NCBI GenBank assembly: GCA_001949185.1
Contig: BDGG01000002.1
Location: 5,880,448 to 5,944,447 of the forward strand
From: Ramazzottius varieornatus
Lineage: Eukaryota > Animalia > Tardigrada
Reading direction: 5' to 3'
Length of the DNA stretch: 64,000 nucleotides
In this document: positions 42,001 to 56,101 of the stretch, one piece after another
How the letters are laid out: every line of letters starts with the position of its first letter
Numbering within the stretch: position 1 is the stretch's first letter
Notes under the pieces: generated by a model
What the model was told of the DNA's origin: nothing
What the model saw: the letters and a program-made list of their open reading frames with translations, nothing else
Databases searched by the model: none
Translations under genes and position numbers: made by a program

Positions 42001-45000
42001 TTGACAAGGTAACAAAGCAAGCGTTGCGTGCTTTCTATGAATATCCAGACTAACATCACGTCATGGTTTGACCTACCGAAACCCAATTCTGACAGGCTTG
42101 TCCGCCGAAGTTTCCGAGTTAAGGGACCATCCAGAGGACTCTCTGGAAAAGCGAAGGGAATAAAATACCGTGAAACTTCAAAACAAGCTAAAGCAAACCG
42201 GTTCAGGGAACGAAAGACGTCTGTCTCATGAACCTACGTACTGCCGCAATGCTGTACGTATACAGCTCGATGTATGCAGGTCCATAAAACCCCTGTCTGC
42301 TCCAGTTCGCCGATAGTTGTAAGGGTAAGATGGTTTCCTACCTGGACCAATGTGTTTGGCAAGGAAGCTATCGGGCACGTTGAGGTCGGCAGGAAGTGAC
42401 AGGCGTTTCGATATGTCCTGGACGTTGAGTCGCCGTTGACTGAACGGACATCCCGGCGCGATGGAGCTCTCCTCACCGGTTCTCAGGGTTTTTGGCCGAC
42501 GGCGGACCACGACATGTTCGACGGGCGTTGTGGTAACGACTTCTTCCGAACCTCCCGACTGCACTTCACTTTCACCGTCTGACCCATATCGAGGGTACTC
42601 TGGCACAGCGCCTGCAAACAAAAGAAGCAGTTATGCATATGTAGCATTGATAGATTTGTTCCCGATGGACTAATGATGTTTCCATGTTCAGTTTACATAA
42701 CTCATTCAGAAAGCCAGCTTTCGTTGAAAAGGATGTAATGCATTCTATTAAATATGTGTTGACCTAACAGTGTAATCATCCAATCCTGATCCCGTGTTAA
42801 ATATGGACCGAGTACCCGCGCGCTTCACATCATCAAGCTTCCCAGATTTCCTGTCTTGTTTCCGTAAAAACTACCTCGAACTCAGAGCGTGCCACACACC
42901 TACAGTCCACTGTCCACGCCTTTCACTCCACTCTGATAAAAAAATCTCACCGGCACACTCAACCAGCGTGAATGATTTTTCTTATAGAAATTTCCTCCCG
43001 TTTAATTTCTCTGCCTAAGTTAGGGTGTGGCTGTATGGGCATCGATCAGTGATGTACTAGGATAAATTTTCCGCCGATTTTCGAGTCAGCACGGCGCAAC
43101 TGCAAGCACTTCAAGTTCGAAGTATCGAACCTATCGGTCTATGTCCCGACAGACTATAACCTTTATCGTGCAATAAAATATTCATCCTCTCGCATCACCA
43201 CAGGGAACCTGTCAGTCATATCCCTTTCCCGCACCCATCTCGTCTTGTAATCCTGACACCGACAAGCACACGCCTCCTTTCGCCTCAAAAACCAACTTAG
43301 GCACGACCCGATTCGAAGACCTCAAAAGTATAGCTTGAGTCCATTGAACATTGGATAGTCTCCTAGTAGCACTAAGACGAACCTTTCCGAGTACCTGAAA
43401 ACTGTTGGCTTTCTTCTGGAGAAAATAATCGAATCTACGGTGGAACCCCGAGTCTTCTCATTTCCGGTTCGCTGGAAATCAGGTCGGACAAACATGTTTT
43501 CGTAAGCAGGAAAAATAAGCATCCACGAAAGGGTGGTGATTATCCCATCGAAGTATAATTTAGGCTAATCACCATGCATGCCGAACAGCCCAAGAAAACA
43601 TTTCTTTTTGCACGTCACATTTGGCTATTAATATGCGTCCATCAACTTAATGCAAGGCAGGTATAGGAAGTGGAAAGTACCACGCAACTGCTTGAATTGC
43701 CCAGTTGCATACTTGATATTATTCGTGTTTAATTTTCATGACATGCACTCCAAATGTCACTTTGACTGTCAATAGACAGCTGGCAATACGTCGACTGGCT
43801 CTAACAGCTCTTACAACCAAATGGTCTCTAGAGCAAATATACGGCCAACAGCCGCGAATCAGTCGAGTGTGTCATAAATGTTTTCTTGTAGCACTTTTTA
43901 ATCACTGCGCACCAAACGGAAACAGTCACAGCAGTGCAAAAGACATATACGCGATGGTGGTGGGTAATTGAACACTCGGAATGCACTTACTAAGACTGTG
44001 CTCGATACTCTGCGACGGGCGAACCACCGTTCTCCTCAAGAAAGACGATTTCGATGAAGGGCGTTTCTGACTGTCCGAAGGCTTCGAGTCGGTCGTGATG
44101 AAGGAATCGCACGACTCGGAAGTGGACTTGGATAGACTAAGTGTCGATAACCATTTCAGTGAAGCGTTGGCGAAGCGCTTCGGCTGGTTAGACAACTTTG
44201 AGAAATGGGAGAAGGAAAGGAGACTTTGGCTAGAAGATAATCTGCCGGCACCATGTGATTCTTGCGTTATTCCTGTATGGCCGTCATTCAACCGAGACGT
44301 CGGAAGAGAGCCGCGCTTGTCAAAATCCATTGTGCGCAATATTCAAAGATAAAAAACACTTAGTTCAAACCCCGATGAGATACGCGCTTCGGAAGTCCTC
44401 GAATAGCTGACATCGATTCGGACAGAAGAAGGGAGAGAAAAAGGATCGGCGACTCGTCATGGCACGAAGCCTCGCAGCGCTATTAGAGTACTGCTGAGGG
44501 AAAATTCGTAAATTTAGTTCGGAGACAGTCGCTCGTAAAGCTCTAGTGGTAACAGCAAGCTCATCGCTTAGGGGATTACAACAACCACTAGAAAAAACAT
44601 GTTCAGTTTCTGGCTCGGGCTGATAGACGCCACAGCAAAGCAAAGAGTCACAAAATCTCCAAGCGTGCTAGCAGAGCTGGTTCCTCATACTTGATACATG
44701 GCTGATGGTTCCTTCCTGACGGGCTCACAGTACATCACGTCAAACACACGACATGCAAGTCTGGCTGGTGTGTGTGTGCGAACGCTATTTGGCCATAGCT
44801 ATCTTTGTGGTAGTAAATCAGCAACACTCACAGCCGGTGCCAGATCAATAAACGTTATGTAGGCACCCATTGAGAGATTTCTTTTGCAGTGTATAATGAC
44901 TTCTTCGTGTATGCTGCCTGCATGTACACCAGACAAGTATCGCTCTCTACTGGTACAGCGCACGATCATGTAGTCAGCTGCAAGTCCTTCCTGTAATTAC

Positions 45001-45868
45001 GTGTAAAGCTGAGACGACCTCGTACAAACAAGAAAGCTCAACACGTAGGGATCTCTCCAGGCCATGAATTCATCAGACCCACAGGACCTTCTTTCATCGC
45101 TCACTACGCGCCACGCCTAGTCTATCAGCTACTGCTGCCGTGCGGCGGTAGGTAGCGTTCCTAGTTTATGGCGAAAGCGGGGTTGTCGTAAAGACGCCGA
45201 AAATCCACCGTAATCAGTGCACCAAAACCCTGTCGACGCATAAGCGGCGCGCTCACTGTCGCTCTTAGAGGCCATAGCAGTCCTACAATGTTCTACGAAG
45301 AATTCCCCTCATGGAATAGGCAGAAGAAAAAGTTGAAGTTAAAAGTAAAGGCTCCTCGGAAATTTTGTTACCCCTAACTAACCTCTATCGACGATATCCA
45401 GTCTCCTGCACTTCTGTGAAGACTTCCTGGTTCTAGCAAGCAACGAGCAGAACCTGTACGTCGAAGAACCCGCGCCTACAAGACTGAAAGTTCTCTGGCG
45501 TTACGGCAAACCCTTTGATCCAGCGAACCGGCTTTCTCAACGCAGAGCTTTGAGGCCTGTAGTTCGCCAAACTTAATGGTCTTCTCGAATCTCAGCACAT
45601 GACACACGCGTCATCCACTCGAGTTCTCCATCACACCTCACGTGGACCTTCGCATCGAATGCCCTGTCACTAGTTCATTGTGACTACTTTTACGTCTTAC
45701 AGCTGAAAGGTTGGGTTTTGAGCTTCTGCCAGCTGGCTTACCGTTCTCGCGACCAGCGCCGTTGTTGCAGTGAAGATGCTCCTCCAGCTGGCTGGACAGT
45801 TCTTCCTCCACCACACGGTTCTCCTGGCTGTAGAGTGCGGCTTTTAGCCGACGCCGTATACGCTTCAT
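39097..45868 (-). CDS. CDK17: PCTAIRE cyclin-dependent kinase (CDK16/17/18), multi-exon
   Basis: MKRIRRRL N-terminus; KRLSLPAD; [30 protein letters not shown]; [13 protein letters not shown]; HRDLKPQN; [28 protein letters not shown]. The last exon 39143-39097 encodes KPRRQSMLL, matching the CDK17-type RRQSMLF end. Confidence 0.95.
43991..44330 (-). CDS. Putative alternative first coding exon of the PCTAIRE kinase (Ser-rich, ~113 aa)
   Basis: ATG at 44330 and an open frame to a consensus donor A|gtaagt at 43990. Same phase (1) as the 45868-45742 exon, so it is compatible with the acceptor at 42612. Confidence 0.6.
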
Positions 45869-47336
45869 CCTTTCTAGATAACGAAGAAAAACGTATTACT
45901 CAACAGCAACACCCAAAACAAGGAACATCATGTTAACCGGAAGTTGGAACAGTTAACCATACAATACACAAGGAGCGACTGTTTCGCCAGAACTGTCAGG
46001 AAGTTGTTTTGTAGTCTCCTCGCGTCGACATCCACTAGAGGAATGATACTAATATCCTATTCGGTCAGGATCCTCCAGGGCACTTTTGCAGTGGCTGCAG
46101 GAAGTATAGTGTCACATCGATTCAGCAAGCATGCTCTATAAGTCCAACAGGTTGTTGATATAATATCCACCGATCCTTTATTGAAATTCGAAGCCACATC
46201 ACGATATGCTGCAGGAAACGCCACTCATGCAACATCTCTCATGATTAAAAACGAAAGTCATGGCGATGATCCTTGCCTTCCAAAAGTCATCCACACCGAA
46301 CTGCACTGCGGAGTGCGTCGAGGAACAGCGTCAATTATTAACAGCCTTTGTTCGACACTTACTTCGCCTTTAACGTTTCCTCCAAATGTTTTCGTGCGAA
46401 AAGTCAATAGGTACTAGCATACGTCGTAGTTCCAACTTGAAGCTTCCACACTGGAAAACAGAAGGAGTGTAATCATGAAAGTCAATCCCCGTGTATCACT
46501 TTCTGCATCACTTTCTAGTACTTCTAAAGACCATGCATCACGGGTACGCCATCGCATGCCAATCTTCTACCCTAGGTGAATAGAGTTAGCAACGCTCACC
46601 GATACTCATGAGATCAAACAGCACCACAGGCAGAGTCCAGACATGGAATCAAACAGCTTCAGGCATTTGTCCGCAACGTCCGGAGTGTGATGGCGTCACT
46701 GGTTGACCGATGGATCCACGGACCGATCCACAAACAAGGTCACAGGATTTGCTAGATAGTCTTCACTCACTGTGGTTAGAAGTTCCGAGGCTCGGTGTCC
46801 CTCGCGCAAGACTGGGATAGCTACGATAAGATCGGGGAGACATCTTGTGAGTTGTGATGAAGCAGTCCACGAACAAACAAACAAATAAGCCGTAAATAAA
46901 TCATGACATCCATTGTATGACATCACACACATTACATATCAAGGCTGGAAGCCTGGGACCTGGGGAAATTCGATATGACATTACACGGCAGGCGCCCTCT
47001 GTAGTTCAAACTGATCTTCATAGAAGTCAGCACTCAAGAGGACGTCCAAAGTCCAGAATCTTTAGTTCACTCACTGACTTATTATTCCTCCGTACATCAT
47101 CTAGGTAGCCTTTATTCCTTCTAAGGTACAAGTATAGGGTAACATTACTGCTACTTACGACTAAAACGCTAGCAAGAACTGACTGGGTCTTTCGGCTCTT
47201 GCGACACAGATGCTGGGACTCTCGCGAGTCCAGCGATAACTCGTGCTTGCCCCATAGAAAGTTCCATGTTCAGAGACGACCAATACATTACTGAATAAAG
47301 CACAGTACCATTGTGTACTGAATTCTGGAAAATTTA

Positions 47337-48294
47337 TCAGCAGCAGCCAGAAGTATTCTTCGCATTTCCCTGCTTATTACGGTAGTCGAAATTGACGGTT
47401 CCGGAAGGACTCGTATCCTCCAGAGTGTTTCCGCCCAACTTGTGCATCAAATCTTTCGCTATTGTCTCAAATACAGAGTCCTACAAGTAAGCACGTACTT
47501 GGTAGGTGTTTGTCTATACCTGGATGGTGACTGGTAGAGGAGAACTCTTCCACTTACAACATTGGTGTTATCCTTGGCGCTACACTCCAGGAAGGCCAGC
47601 ATATTGTGCGCATCAGCTAACGCTTCCGCTTCGCTCCTCGGGACTTCCCTGCTATCTTCCATATCACATTTGCAACCTAAAGGAGAAGGTCTACGTTAAA
47701 TATCGAGCACACTGACGGATTAAAAAGGTTCGGCGAGCTCACCGACTAAAACTTGGGAGATTCCAGGGCCAGCGTATCTCAGGACGTCTTCACACCAGTG
47801 GTTAACATTCAGGAAAGTATCACGCTTGGTGATGTCGTAAGCAACGACGACACCATTCGCAGATCGGTAGTAGCTTTGTGTAATCGTGCGGAATCTTTCC
47901 TGGCCTGCGGTATCCCAAATCTGAAGCTGCCGCAATACGATTAGGCCGAATTAGACTGCGGTCAAATGCAAGCGGAAAGGAGACAGAAAGAAAGCTATCT
48001 TAAATGTCTTACTTTTATGCGTTTTCTGTCGATGACGAGTGTCTTCATCGTAAAGTCGACCCCAATGGTACTTCCCTGTCAGAAATGATCCGCAAGAGGT
48101 TAGAACTGAGTATTGCTACTGTATATATAAACAAGCCACCAAAACAATATCGCGATATGCTCTCGACCTACCTGTCTTTCCACATAGTTTCCGCTTTTGA
48201 ATCGCTGAACAATGCATGTCTTTCCTATACCAGCGTCGCCAATGAGCACGACCTTGAAGAGGAAATCGAACTTTTCGTCCGGTTCGAACGCCAT
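47337..48294 (-). CDS. RAB43: Rab43/Rab19-family GTPase; exons 48294-48172, 48075-48013, 47926-47743, 47676-47558, 47480-47337
   Basis: [32 protein letters not shown]|[12 protein letters not shown]...[25 protein letters not shown]...ECSAK, C-terminal CC. Confidence 0.93.
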
Positions 48295-49801
48295 TGTTTA
48301 CGTGCACTCGATCTGCAATGTACAGTGTGATTACTTAACTGGAGCACCCCAACCAGTACGGACGCTAAGTAGAGACACTTCATGTACCTCTTTCTGAAAG
48401 CTTCGCCTTTTAACGAGCTTTGGCTTCAAAACATGCCGTATCCTTTCAGCGCACTGGTTTCACTGAAAGACAAAAGATCAAACTCTCGTAGAAGTGATCA
48501 AATCGGATTACAGCACTCAGAATTGCATGAAGCCATGAAGGATGGAACTCACATTAGTTACACACTTGATCAGCAGAACGAAGCAGATCAATCTGGGAGA
48601 ACTCAAGAAGAGACAAGTCTGCTCAGCCTCAGTCTTATGCGGGATCTTAACTACGCAAGGCAGGACAAGAAGTGGTCAAGTGGATGGAGATTTGGATGCA
48701 GATGCCAGATGTCGCAGGTCCGAATACTTTCGACAAGCGTGGATGGACGCTCGTCCTGCGATACAAAAAACGTAAACCTGGAGCTGCGGGAATTCAGGAA
48801 TATTGCTGAAAACAGGCAGGGCTCTGACGGAGCGAGAAGATGAAGACGCAGGCTTGGAGCAGGGATCGTGGTCACCAGTGCTACTAAGAATTGTCCCTAC
48901 GGCATGTCAGAAAATACCCGCCGCGTTAGCAGACAGCCACATTGCCACGGCATAATCAATGGAAAATAGTGGCCTGAACGTGCGAAACCATAGTATCAGT
49001 TGGTATTGCTTTGGCAGGGTAAGAAGAAACGGAACTATGACTTGCATTATTCGTTTCCTGATAGCTTTTGTCAGGTCATTTCGGGCACTCTGTTTCGGGC
49101 TGACACTTTACCAGGGACCAAGAAGCCTGCTGCCTGCAGAGCATTCGGGAATTCGGAATTCGGATAGATTCTCGGAAGACCCCCCGGAAGAGATGTCTGA
49201 CTGAAGTCACCGAAGCTATAGTGACTGAAACGGGCTTGCTCTAAGTCGACACCACCAAAGCGAAAGGTCGAAGAGCCCAGAACTTTCGCCGACGGTAACC
49301 ACCTAAGGGCCAAGCCAAAAAATCAATTGTTAGGCCCATCTCACATTCTCACTACTTTTATCTGCGTCCCCCTCTGAGGTGAATTCTGATAGTGATACAG
49401 TGTTCGACAAAATAAACCGTTAAAAATGGGTGTTGAATGGAACCAGATGGCCGAAGCCAATGAAATTTGCGTATGCAGCAAAACATAATTCTCATTGGCT
49501 GAGTTGCAAATAATTTTCAACGGTTAATTTTGTCGTACACGGTACGCCGAAATTTTTCCACCCGGAGGGCGCGCCTCTATCAGTCCGTCTCTTTGTTGTG
49601 ATTCTTGCTGCGGAATGCCAGAAAAATCTTGCTGTACTTTTGTTATCGGCAGGTCTGATATCTACTTTAGTGCAGATTCCGTCTCTTCTTAACAACTGTT
49701 TCTTCGATAAGCTGCAGCTTGGCTAGGTCGAACTCGATAGTAAGCGCCATCTTTACTTTCTCCGTAGATTTCTGTCGACCGCGGCACCGTGCGCCGTCAA
49801 A

Positions 49802-51148
49802 ATGGAAGTCAATCTGCGGATGGAAGAAGCTGTTCACGATGACATAATGCCGGTTGTGGACACGGAGGCCTATGCTGACGACGAAGATCAACCTCGACGT
49901 CGGATCCCTGTTCCTCGAGCGGGTTCATCATCGAGAAGAGCTGTTGGAGCTGGTGGTGTGCGCGGAGGTCGGTTCTTGTCAGCGCACGGACGTCTGCGCA
50001 CGCACTCGCCCAGATCGCGAATCAATCCTCTTGGAAAGGCAACGGTAGCTGTGGATCGTTTCCGACGGACTCGTTCCCATCCTTACAGAACCGTAAGTAG
50101 TTAACTCTCGGGTCTAGGTTTTTAACTGTAACGGGCTTCAGCTGTTACTTGTTCCAGGGTCATGTCGGCAGTTTCGACACAAGCAGCAGGTCCTTTCCGC
50201 GCGCAAGGGAGCAGCGCACCATCCCGTTCTACCACGACCTGGACAATCCCGAAGAAGAAGGCGAAATGGACGAAGACGAAGGAGGAGATTTGGTAGGTTT
50301 ATTTGCTGCCGTTAGGATGTTTCTTCTCCACTAGTTCCACCCATGTTTGCGGATTTCCTGGTGTTCGTTGTAGACGGCATCCGGGGCTTACTACGCGCCA
50401 GGTGATGGACGATGTGTCGTCCAGTTTTCCAACTTGGATCCTCGCGTCCGAGATTCAGACATCAAGGTGCCAACTGCGTTTGGATAGTATGATTGAATAC
50501 TGCTGCTAGTAATCTCGAAAGTTTTTCACGGCATGACTTGTCTCTATGCCGTCGCCATTCACCTGATTTTGCATACTTTCTTGTGTTTCAAGAACTTGTG
50601 TGCTGTGCAAGGTAAAACCATCACATGCAAAGTCATCTACGACACGAAAACCGGCGTACAAACCGGACAAGCCTTCGCGGAGTTTGTGCGCGCCCAGGAC
50701 GCAGCCCGAGCAGTTCGAGCTTACGGCGACATGATCTTGGACGGTAAGGAACTTGACTTGCATCATTGTGTTTCTTTTTGCACCGTCCGGCATTGCCAGA
50801 AAGTATATGTTCGTTGCAGGTCGACCGATCATCTGCTCGCTGGCAGGTGAGGAGCAGGCGGGAGGCGCAAGCAGCTTAGGCGGAGTCTTCAACCGTCTCA
50901 CTGTCAACACAAGTCCCATCAAGATGATCAGCTACAGAAATCCCAGACCCGGAAGCGGAGACCGGCCACGAGCTGGTCCTGGATCCGTCAGGCGCAATGG
51001 CCATTCTTCTGAAAGAGACTCTCGTGGTAAAGAGTCCTTCAACCGCCGTCAGAAACCGCAGTACAACAACACCAGCAACAAGGAAGTGTTGAGTATGGCT
51101 GACTTGGACCAAGAGCTGGAAAACTACATGAAAGACGACAGCAACTAG
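49802..51148 (+). CDS. Divergent ALYREF/THOC4-like RRM mRNA-export adaptor; exons 49802-50092, 50158-50292, 50374-50467, 50593-50743, 50820-51148
   Basis: R/G-rich N-terminus, an FYHDL motif (cf. WxHD), an RRM (VVQFSNLDPRVRDSDIK...GQAFAEF..AQDAARAVRAY..MILDGRPI), and a C-terminal UAP56-binding-like motif SMADLDQELENYM. Confidence 0.8.
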
Positions 51149-51785
51149 ATGGCATATCCCATCCTCCTTACAATGATAGTCCCTCTTGACTCCAATGTTC
51201 CGAGAACTTCCGCGATTACATTTCCTTGCGAGCAGGTCAAGTTACGATGATCGGTGACAGAACCTCGCTTCTCCTTGCAGACCTCCTGTTTTAGTACTGA
51301 AGAAGATAAATCATCTTTACTTTTCCGAGTTTCGTTTCTTCTTTCTAGAGGTGTCTAGCTGGTCTGAGGATGGTAGCAGCTTTCTGGTGTCTCTTTTACT
51401 TCTGTTAACAAAACTGTGTACGGGCTTTGGTATCACTGGCCTTTACAGATTACTTTACGTCGAACACGGTCACAGAAAAAAACACATTGAACATGCCCGA
51501 AGACTGCAGATTACAAAAAGGCGAACGTTTCCAAATCAGAATATCAGAAGGTCCATGAACACGGTAAGGTTATTCTATATGAAAGTAGGAAGATGAGAGT
51601 GGAGATGAAATTGACGACGACTATCACGCACTAAGTTGTCACCACACGGACTGGCAAATCGAACAGAAACAGCTAAAATCGTCCACAGACAGAACTTTGT
51701 CTCGAGTGGAATACGGAAGTACTGTATGTAAACTCGCACCGCTTGGGGAACGGCGAACCTCCTTTTTGTCTTTTTCTGTCACGAC

Positions 51786-52825
51786 TCATCGTCGGTTTGA
51801 CTTGGAATGTCGGATGAGCCATTGCAGGGTAATATCTGTGGAAAGGAAGTGGTCAAGTCTAGCGACACACCCAAATGAATCAGCCTCAACTTACCAATAT
51901 TCTGCTTCTCTTTGCACGAGATGGAGTAGCAACAGATTTCACGGTCCTGTATCGCGTTTAAATTCCTGTGTAAAGAACGAAGGAAAATGTTAAGAAGCTG
52001 GGTTCTCGTATGCAGATGCCTTCGAGATAAGTGGAGGGCCACGTAGATGGGGATGATCGACTTCCGGTTACGTAAGAGCGGTGATTAATGTTAACTTACA
52101 GGCGATCAATGAGCTCCTTCTCGTTAAATGCTCCCGGCAAATCTTTCTTGTTTCCCAAGACTAAGACAGGTATGCCATGCAGTTGTGGTTTTTCCAGTAG
52201 ATTGTGCAGCTCGTTCTTGGAAGCCTCGAGCTTTTCGGAGTCCGACGCATCGACCATGTAGACTATGGCTGTTACGCCGCGGCAGTATCGTTCCCACATG
52301 CTTCGGAACCGAGGCTGACCACCGATATCCCATAACTACAACAGATGGTCCTATTATGTCGTTAGTCTTCCAAAAGCGCAACACCTTTCGCAACGGTCCA
52401 AAAACACATAAAATGTTGAACTGCTGAAAAGTCCTTCTACCTTGATAGTCACATTGCCTTTGGTGATTTTGCGCATGTTGAAGCCTACCGTCGGAATCAT
52501 GTCTTCTGTGAACTGTCCACTCTAAAAACAAGGAAGTCACTGTATCAGTATCGATTCCGTACGCGAGTTACTTATCGGGAGAATGGTAAGGAAGAACTAT
52601 GGGGTTTGGGTTAGCAAGGGTTCTATGCTTGAAGTCTTCTGAGGCTAAAGATGACGTCCTATCTTCAGTAGCGAACCATGGATAGAAGGGAAGAAAGCTT
52701 ACAGCGATAACGTTGACAAAAGTAGTCTTTCCCGAGTTCTGCAGTCCAACTAACGTCAGTTCCATTTCTTCCTTCCAGAAAAGGCTCCGGATCCAGTCCA
52801 GAAAGCGATTGATCATGGACATCAT
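51786..52825 (-). CDS. ARL8: ADP-ribosylation factor-like 8; exons 52825-52703, 52521-52441, 52335-52100, 51965-51895, 51835-51786
   Basis: [33 protein letters not shown]|[18 protein letters not shown]...[20 protein letters not shown]...GNKKD...[15 protein letters not shown]|[12 protein letters not shown]. Confidence 0.98.
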
Positions 52826-53887
52826 CCTGAAGCTTTGTTGGCGAAAACAGTGCGTCCTACATACAGATCAATATGAGTGAATGAATCGGTGGATGGAGTA
52901 TTCGAAAGATTATTACCTAAGTTAGACTGTATTGATTCTCGAGGAGGGTAATCGCTATCCCGATAATCCGAACCTGCCGTTCAAGAACTAGTCGTTCAGG
53001 ACCAAACCATCGGTTGCCTTACTTCTCTTCGCGAAGACGGAAGGGAATCCGCAGTCCGCACTACAATCAACCGGATGGACATTCGTACATCGAAGTTTCA
53101 TACAATAGTGCTTACCTCACACGGATCCGCCTGAAAATCACGGCTTCAAGATGCCAGTCCACAGCCCCAAAGTGGACGGTCGTCGCAATAGAAAATCCAG
53201 CCGGCCAACTTGAGCCAGCCCTCTCTTCTGAATCCTGATGGTTTGCCAAAGATATTCGTGAAAGCAACGAAACGGATGAGCTCCTAGAAAGTTTGATGAT
53301 CATGTTCGAAAGGAAATTATTTTATCGATGAATGGAATCTCTAAGGAAGGGGGCTGGATCAAAGCACATGCTTTGTGACGTAACGTGGGCGGATCCGCAC
53401 AGTAAGAGGTCATCAGGCAACATTCTGAATGCAAGAAAGTAACGTCTTCCCACTATGACACCCGATATCATGGAAGTGGTAATGCTATGGAGAAGATCTT
53501 CGATGAAGCCAGCAAGCGCGTCCAAAGGTATTACATAGGAGACGAATAAAAGAGTACTCCATACCCGGGACCCAACCCGTCAGCGCAGCTGAACGGTAAA
53601 CCTGAAGAGCAGTACACGTGTACTAACATGAAATTCGACAGCAGAGCTTCAAAAAACTAGACGAGGAAATTTTTTGTCGTACCATGTAAAAGGAATAAAT
53701 CGTTAGACATACATCGTACAAGAAGTTAGCTCGAAAATAATCAAAATTATAAATATGAAGAGCCTGACTGCTGACGAACCACTGCTAGCTTCAAAAACCA
53801 GAGAATAAGTTATGGACGCAGACATCAAACTCATCAAATGGATAAAACCGCCAAGCCCAAGATGAAACTACAAAACACCAAACTTTA

Positions 53888-56101
53888 CTAAATCGAGATG
53901 TTGAGGCCATACAACTTTATGGTGTTTTCCCGTGTCACTGAACAGACAGTTTCCAGTGGGATATCTTTTATCCTGCTGATCTCATGGGCAGTCACAAGAG
54001 CGATCCCTCCGGGAATGGCTACCTTTCTCGGCTGCTTGTCACCCGAAGACTCCACGGGAAAGTTGCTCATCTGCAAAAACCAGATACAGCCTGTGCTTGC
54101 ACTTCCGGTTGTGTCGAGAAGATGTATCAAGCTTACCGCTGCCGGTGTGTAGTATGGCGCGTCGGTCTCCAACAGCATCTTCTCCAAGGGAAGGTTCTTC
54201 ACGGCATCTCGAGCCATGACGTCTTTGTTGCCGCCGATACAAGGCGTGAACCCAAATTGGACATTGGGAAAAGCTTCGTCCCACTTCGAGGCTTCATTGT
54301 AGTTACCTCGGAAGCAGTGACGATGGATCTTCCACTGATGCGGCACACACTGAAAAACAAACGTCCACGTGTTAAAAGATCTATGCACCAAGTAACAACT
54401 ATCAGTCAGCCGATGAAACAAAATTTTTTGCTAAAGTAATGCTTCGCGCTAGTTACCTGTTTCATGATGTCGAAACAGTCAATCTCCGCTTGGTTATTTC
54501 CACCCGGGCTTTCATCGTTACGGCAATGTATGACGAGAGGAAGATCCATGCGGACGGCCATCTCCAACTGCAGTTTGAAGATGTCCCGTTGAAGTCGCTT
54601 CTTCTTCTCGTTACTGAAAAAATAGAGTTACAATGCACGTATGAACACTATGAAGTCTCGTCCAGAAGGAAGGAAGGAACCTACTTGTTCTGGCGGTTGT
54701 AGTCAAGGCCAATCTCGCCAAGGCCAACCAGCCTTCCTCGTTCCGCGGCCATCTTCATACTGTACTGCATCCCCGACCGGATATCCTCTGTCCAGTCATC
54801 CACAAAGTTGGGATGACAGCCATAAGTGAACCACAGCTCGTCTTCCGTATCCTCAATCAATTTCCTATGCCAATGATCATACGACTTCAAGTACAACGGC
54901 AGACAGAAGACCTGTATGGAACCACCATATGACGGAGGAAACATTTCCGGGTATCTCTTGCGCAGGTCGTGGTAGTTCTCCACACCCTGACTCTGCAGTT
55001 TCTTGATGGTGAAACACCAATGCGCGTGTGAGTCTATGAACTTGACGTTACCCGGAAGTGGGTTACGGAACATGCTCTCGTACGGACCTAGACCTATTTC
55101 GCCTGATGACCGGTTCGAGCTGTTGTTATAGTTCGAGCTATAGTTATTCCGCCCTCGTGAGTCGCCATAGTCGTCACGATCCCGGCTGTATCGATCATTA
55201 CGATCGTTCAAGTCGAAGCTGGGTCTTTCGTTATCCACACGGGAATTCCTCAAGTAGCCTGTCTGGATCCGACCTCCGCCACCGGACATCCGTTGTGACG
55301 GCGAAGGGTTGTATGGAAGGATACCTGGCGAACGAGCGGGTTGTCGCTGGTCCCCGTAACCATTCACCGTGTTGAGGGAAGGAGCTACATCCAGCCGGGG
55401 TGGATAGTTGGTAGTCGCCGGCATAGTGTTGTGGTTACTACAAGGGAAAACAGTAAACATGAAAGTCATTCTAATTATATTGAAGTAGACCGGAAAATAT
55501 GACGTGCGCGAGTTAAACTGAGCAGTGTTTACCGTTGGAGTATCAAGGTTCCCGAGGCCGGCTCCGCGCTCCTCAAACTGGAAGCCGGACTCTCCGACAA
55601 GCTGCGATCGTTGTTAAACGATCCAGAACTACTGTGAATGATAGCGTTATGGTGGGGAGTAGGTTCTTGTGGTACAGTCTGATTGCGGGAACTCGGTTTA
55701 GTGACGGTAGCTTTGGCTGTCACTTCCTGCCAATACTCGGCAGCCACCACAGCTGGATCAGCTGGGACAGGGTAGCTGGAGGAAGACGAACTCTGGCTGT
55801 CATCTTCGGTGCAGCATGACAAGTCCAGGTCTATGCCGTTGTCTGCTCCATAGCCATTCACGCTAGCGTCAAACTGCTTTTCGATCTTGGAGAAGAAGCC
55901 TTCTTCAATATTGCGTGTCCATTTCATGTTAGACGACTTCCATTTCTCACGGTCTTCACCACTGCCAAGTAGCTCCTCTGCTCGACGTACAGTGGTTGGA
56001 GACTGACTGGGTGATCGCATACGGGGCTTCTTTCCAGTATCGTCAGTCTTCTTGGTGTCCTTGTTGATGAGTACAGAGACTTCTCGATCCTCGGTTGCCA
56101 T
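53888..56101 (-). CDS. TATDN2: TatD-family nuclease with long disordered N-terminus (TATDN2-like)
   Basis: FIDSHAH, YGCHP, GLGEIGLDY, LPLVIHCR, KIHRHCF, GFT, LLETDAPY. An in-frame stop lies upstream of ATG 56101. Introns are GT-AG and phase-consistent. Confidence 0.88.
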
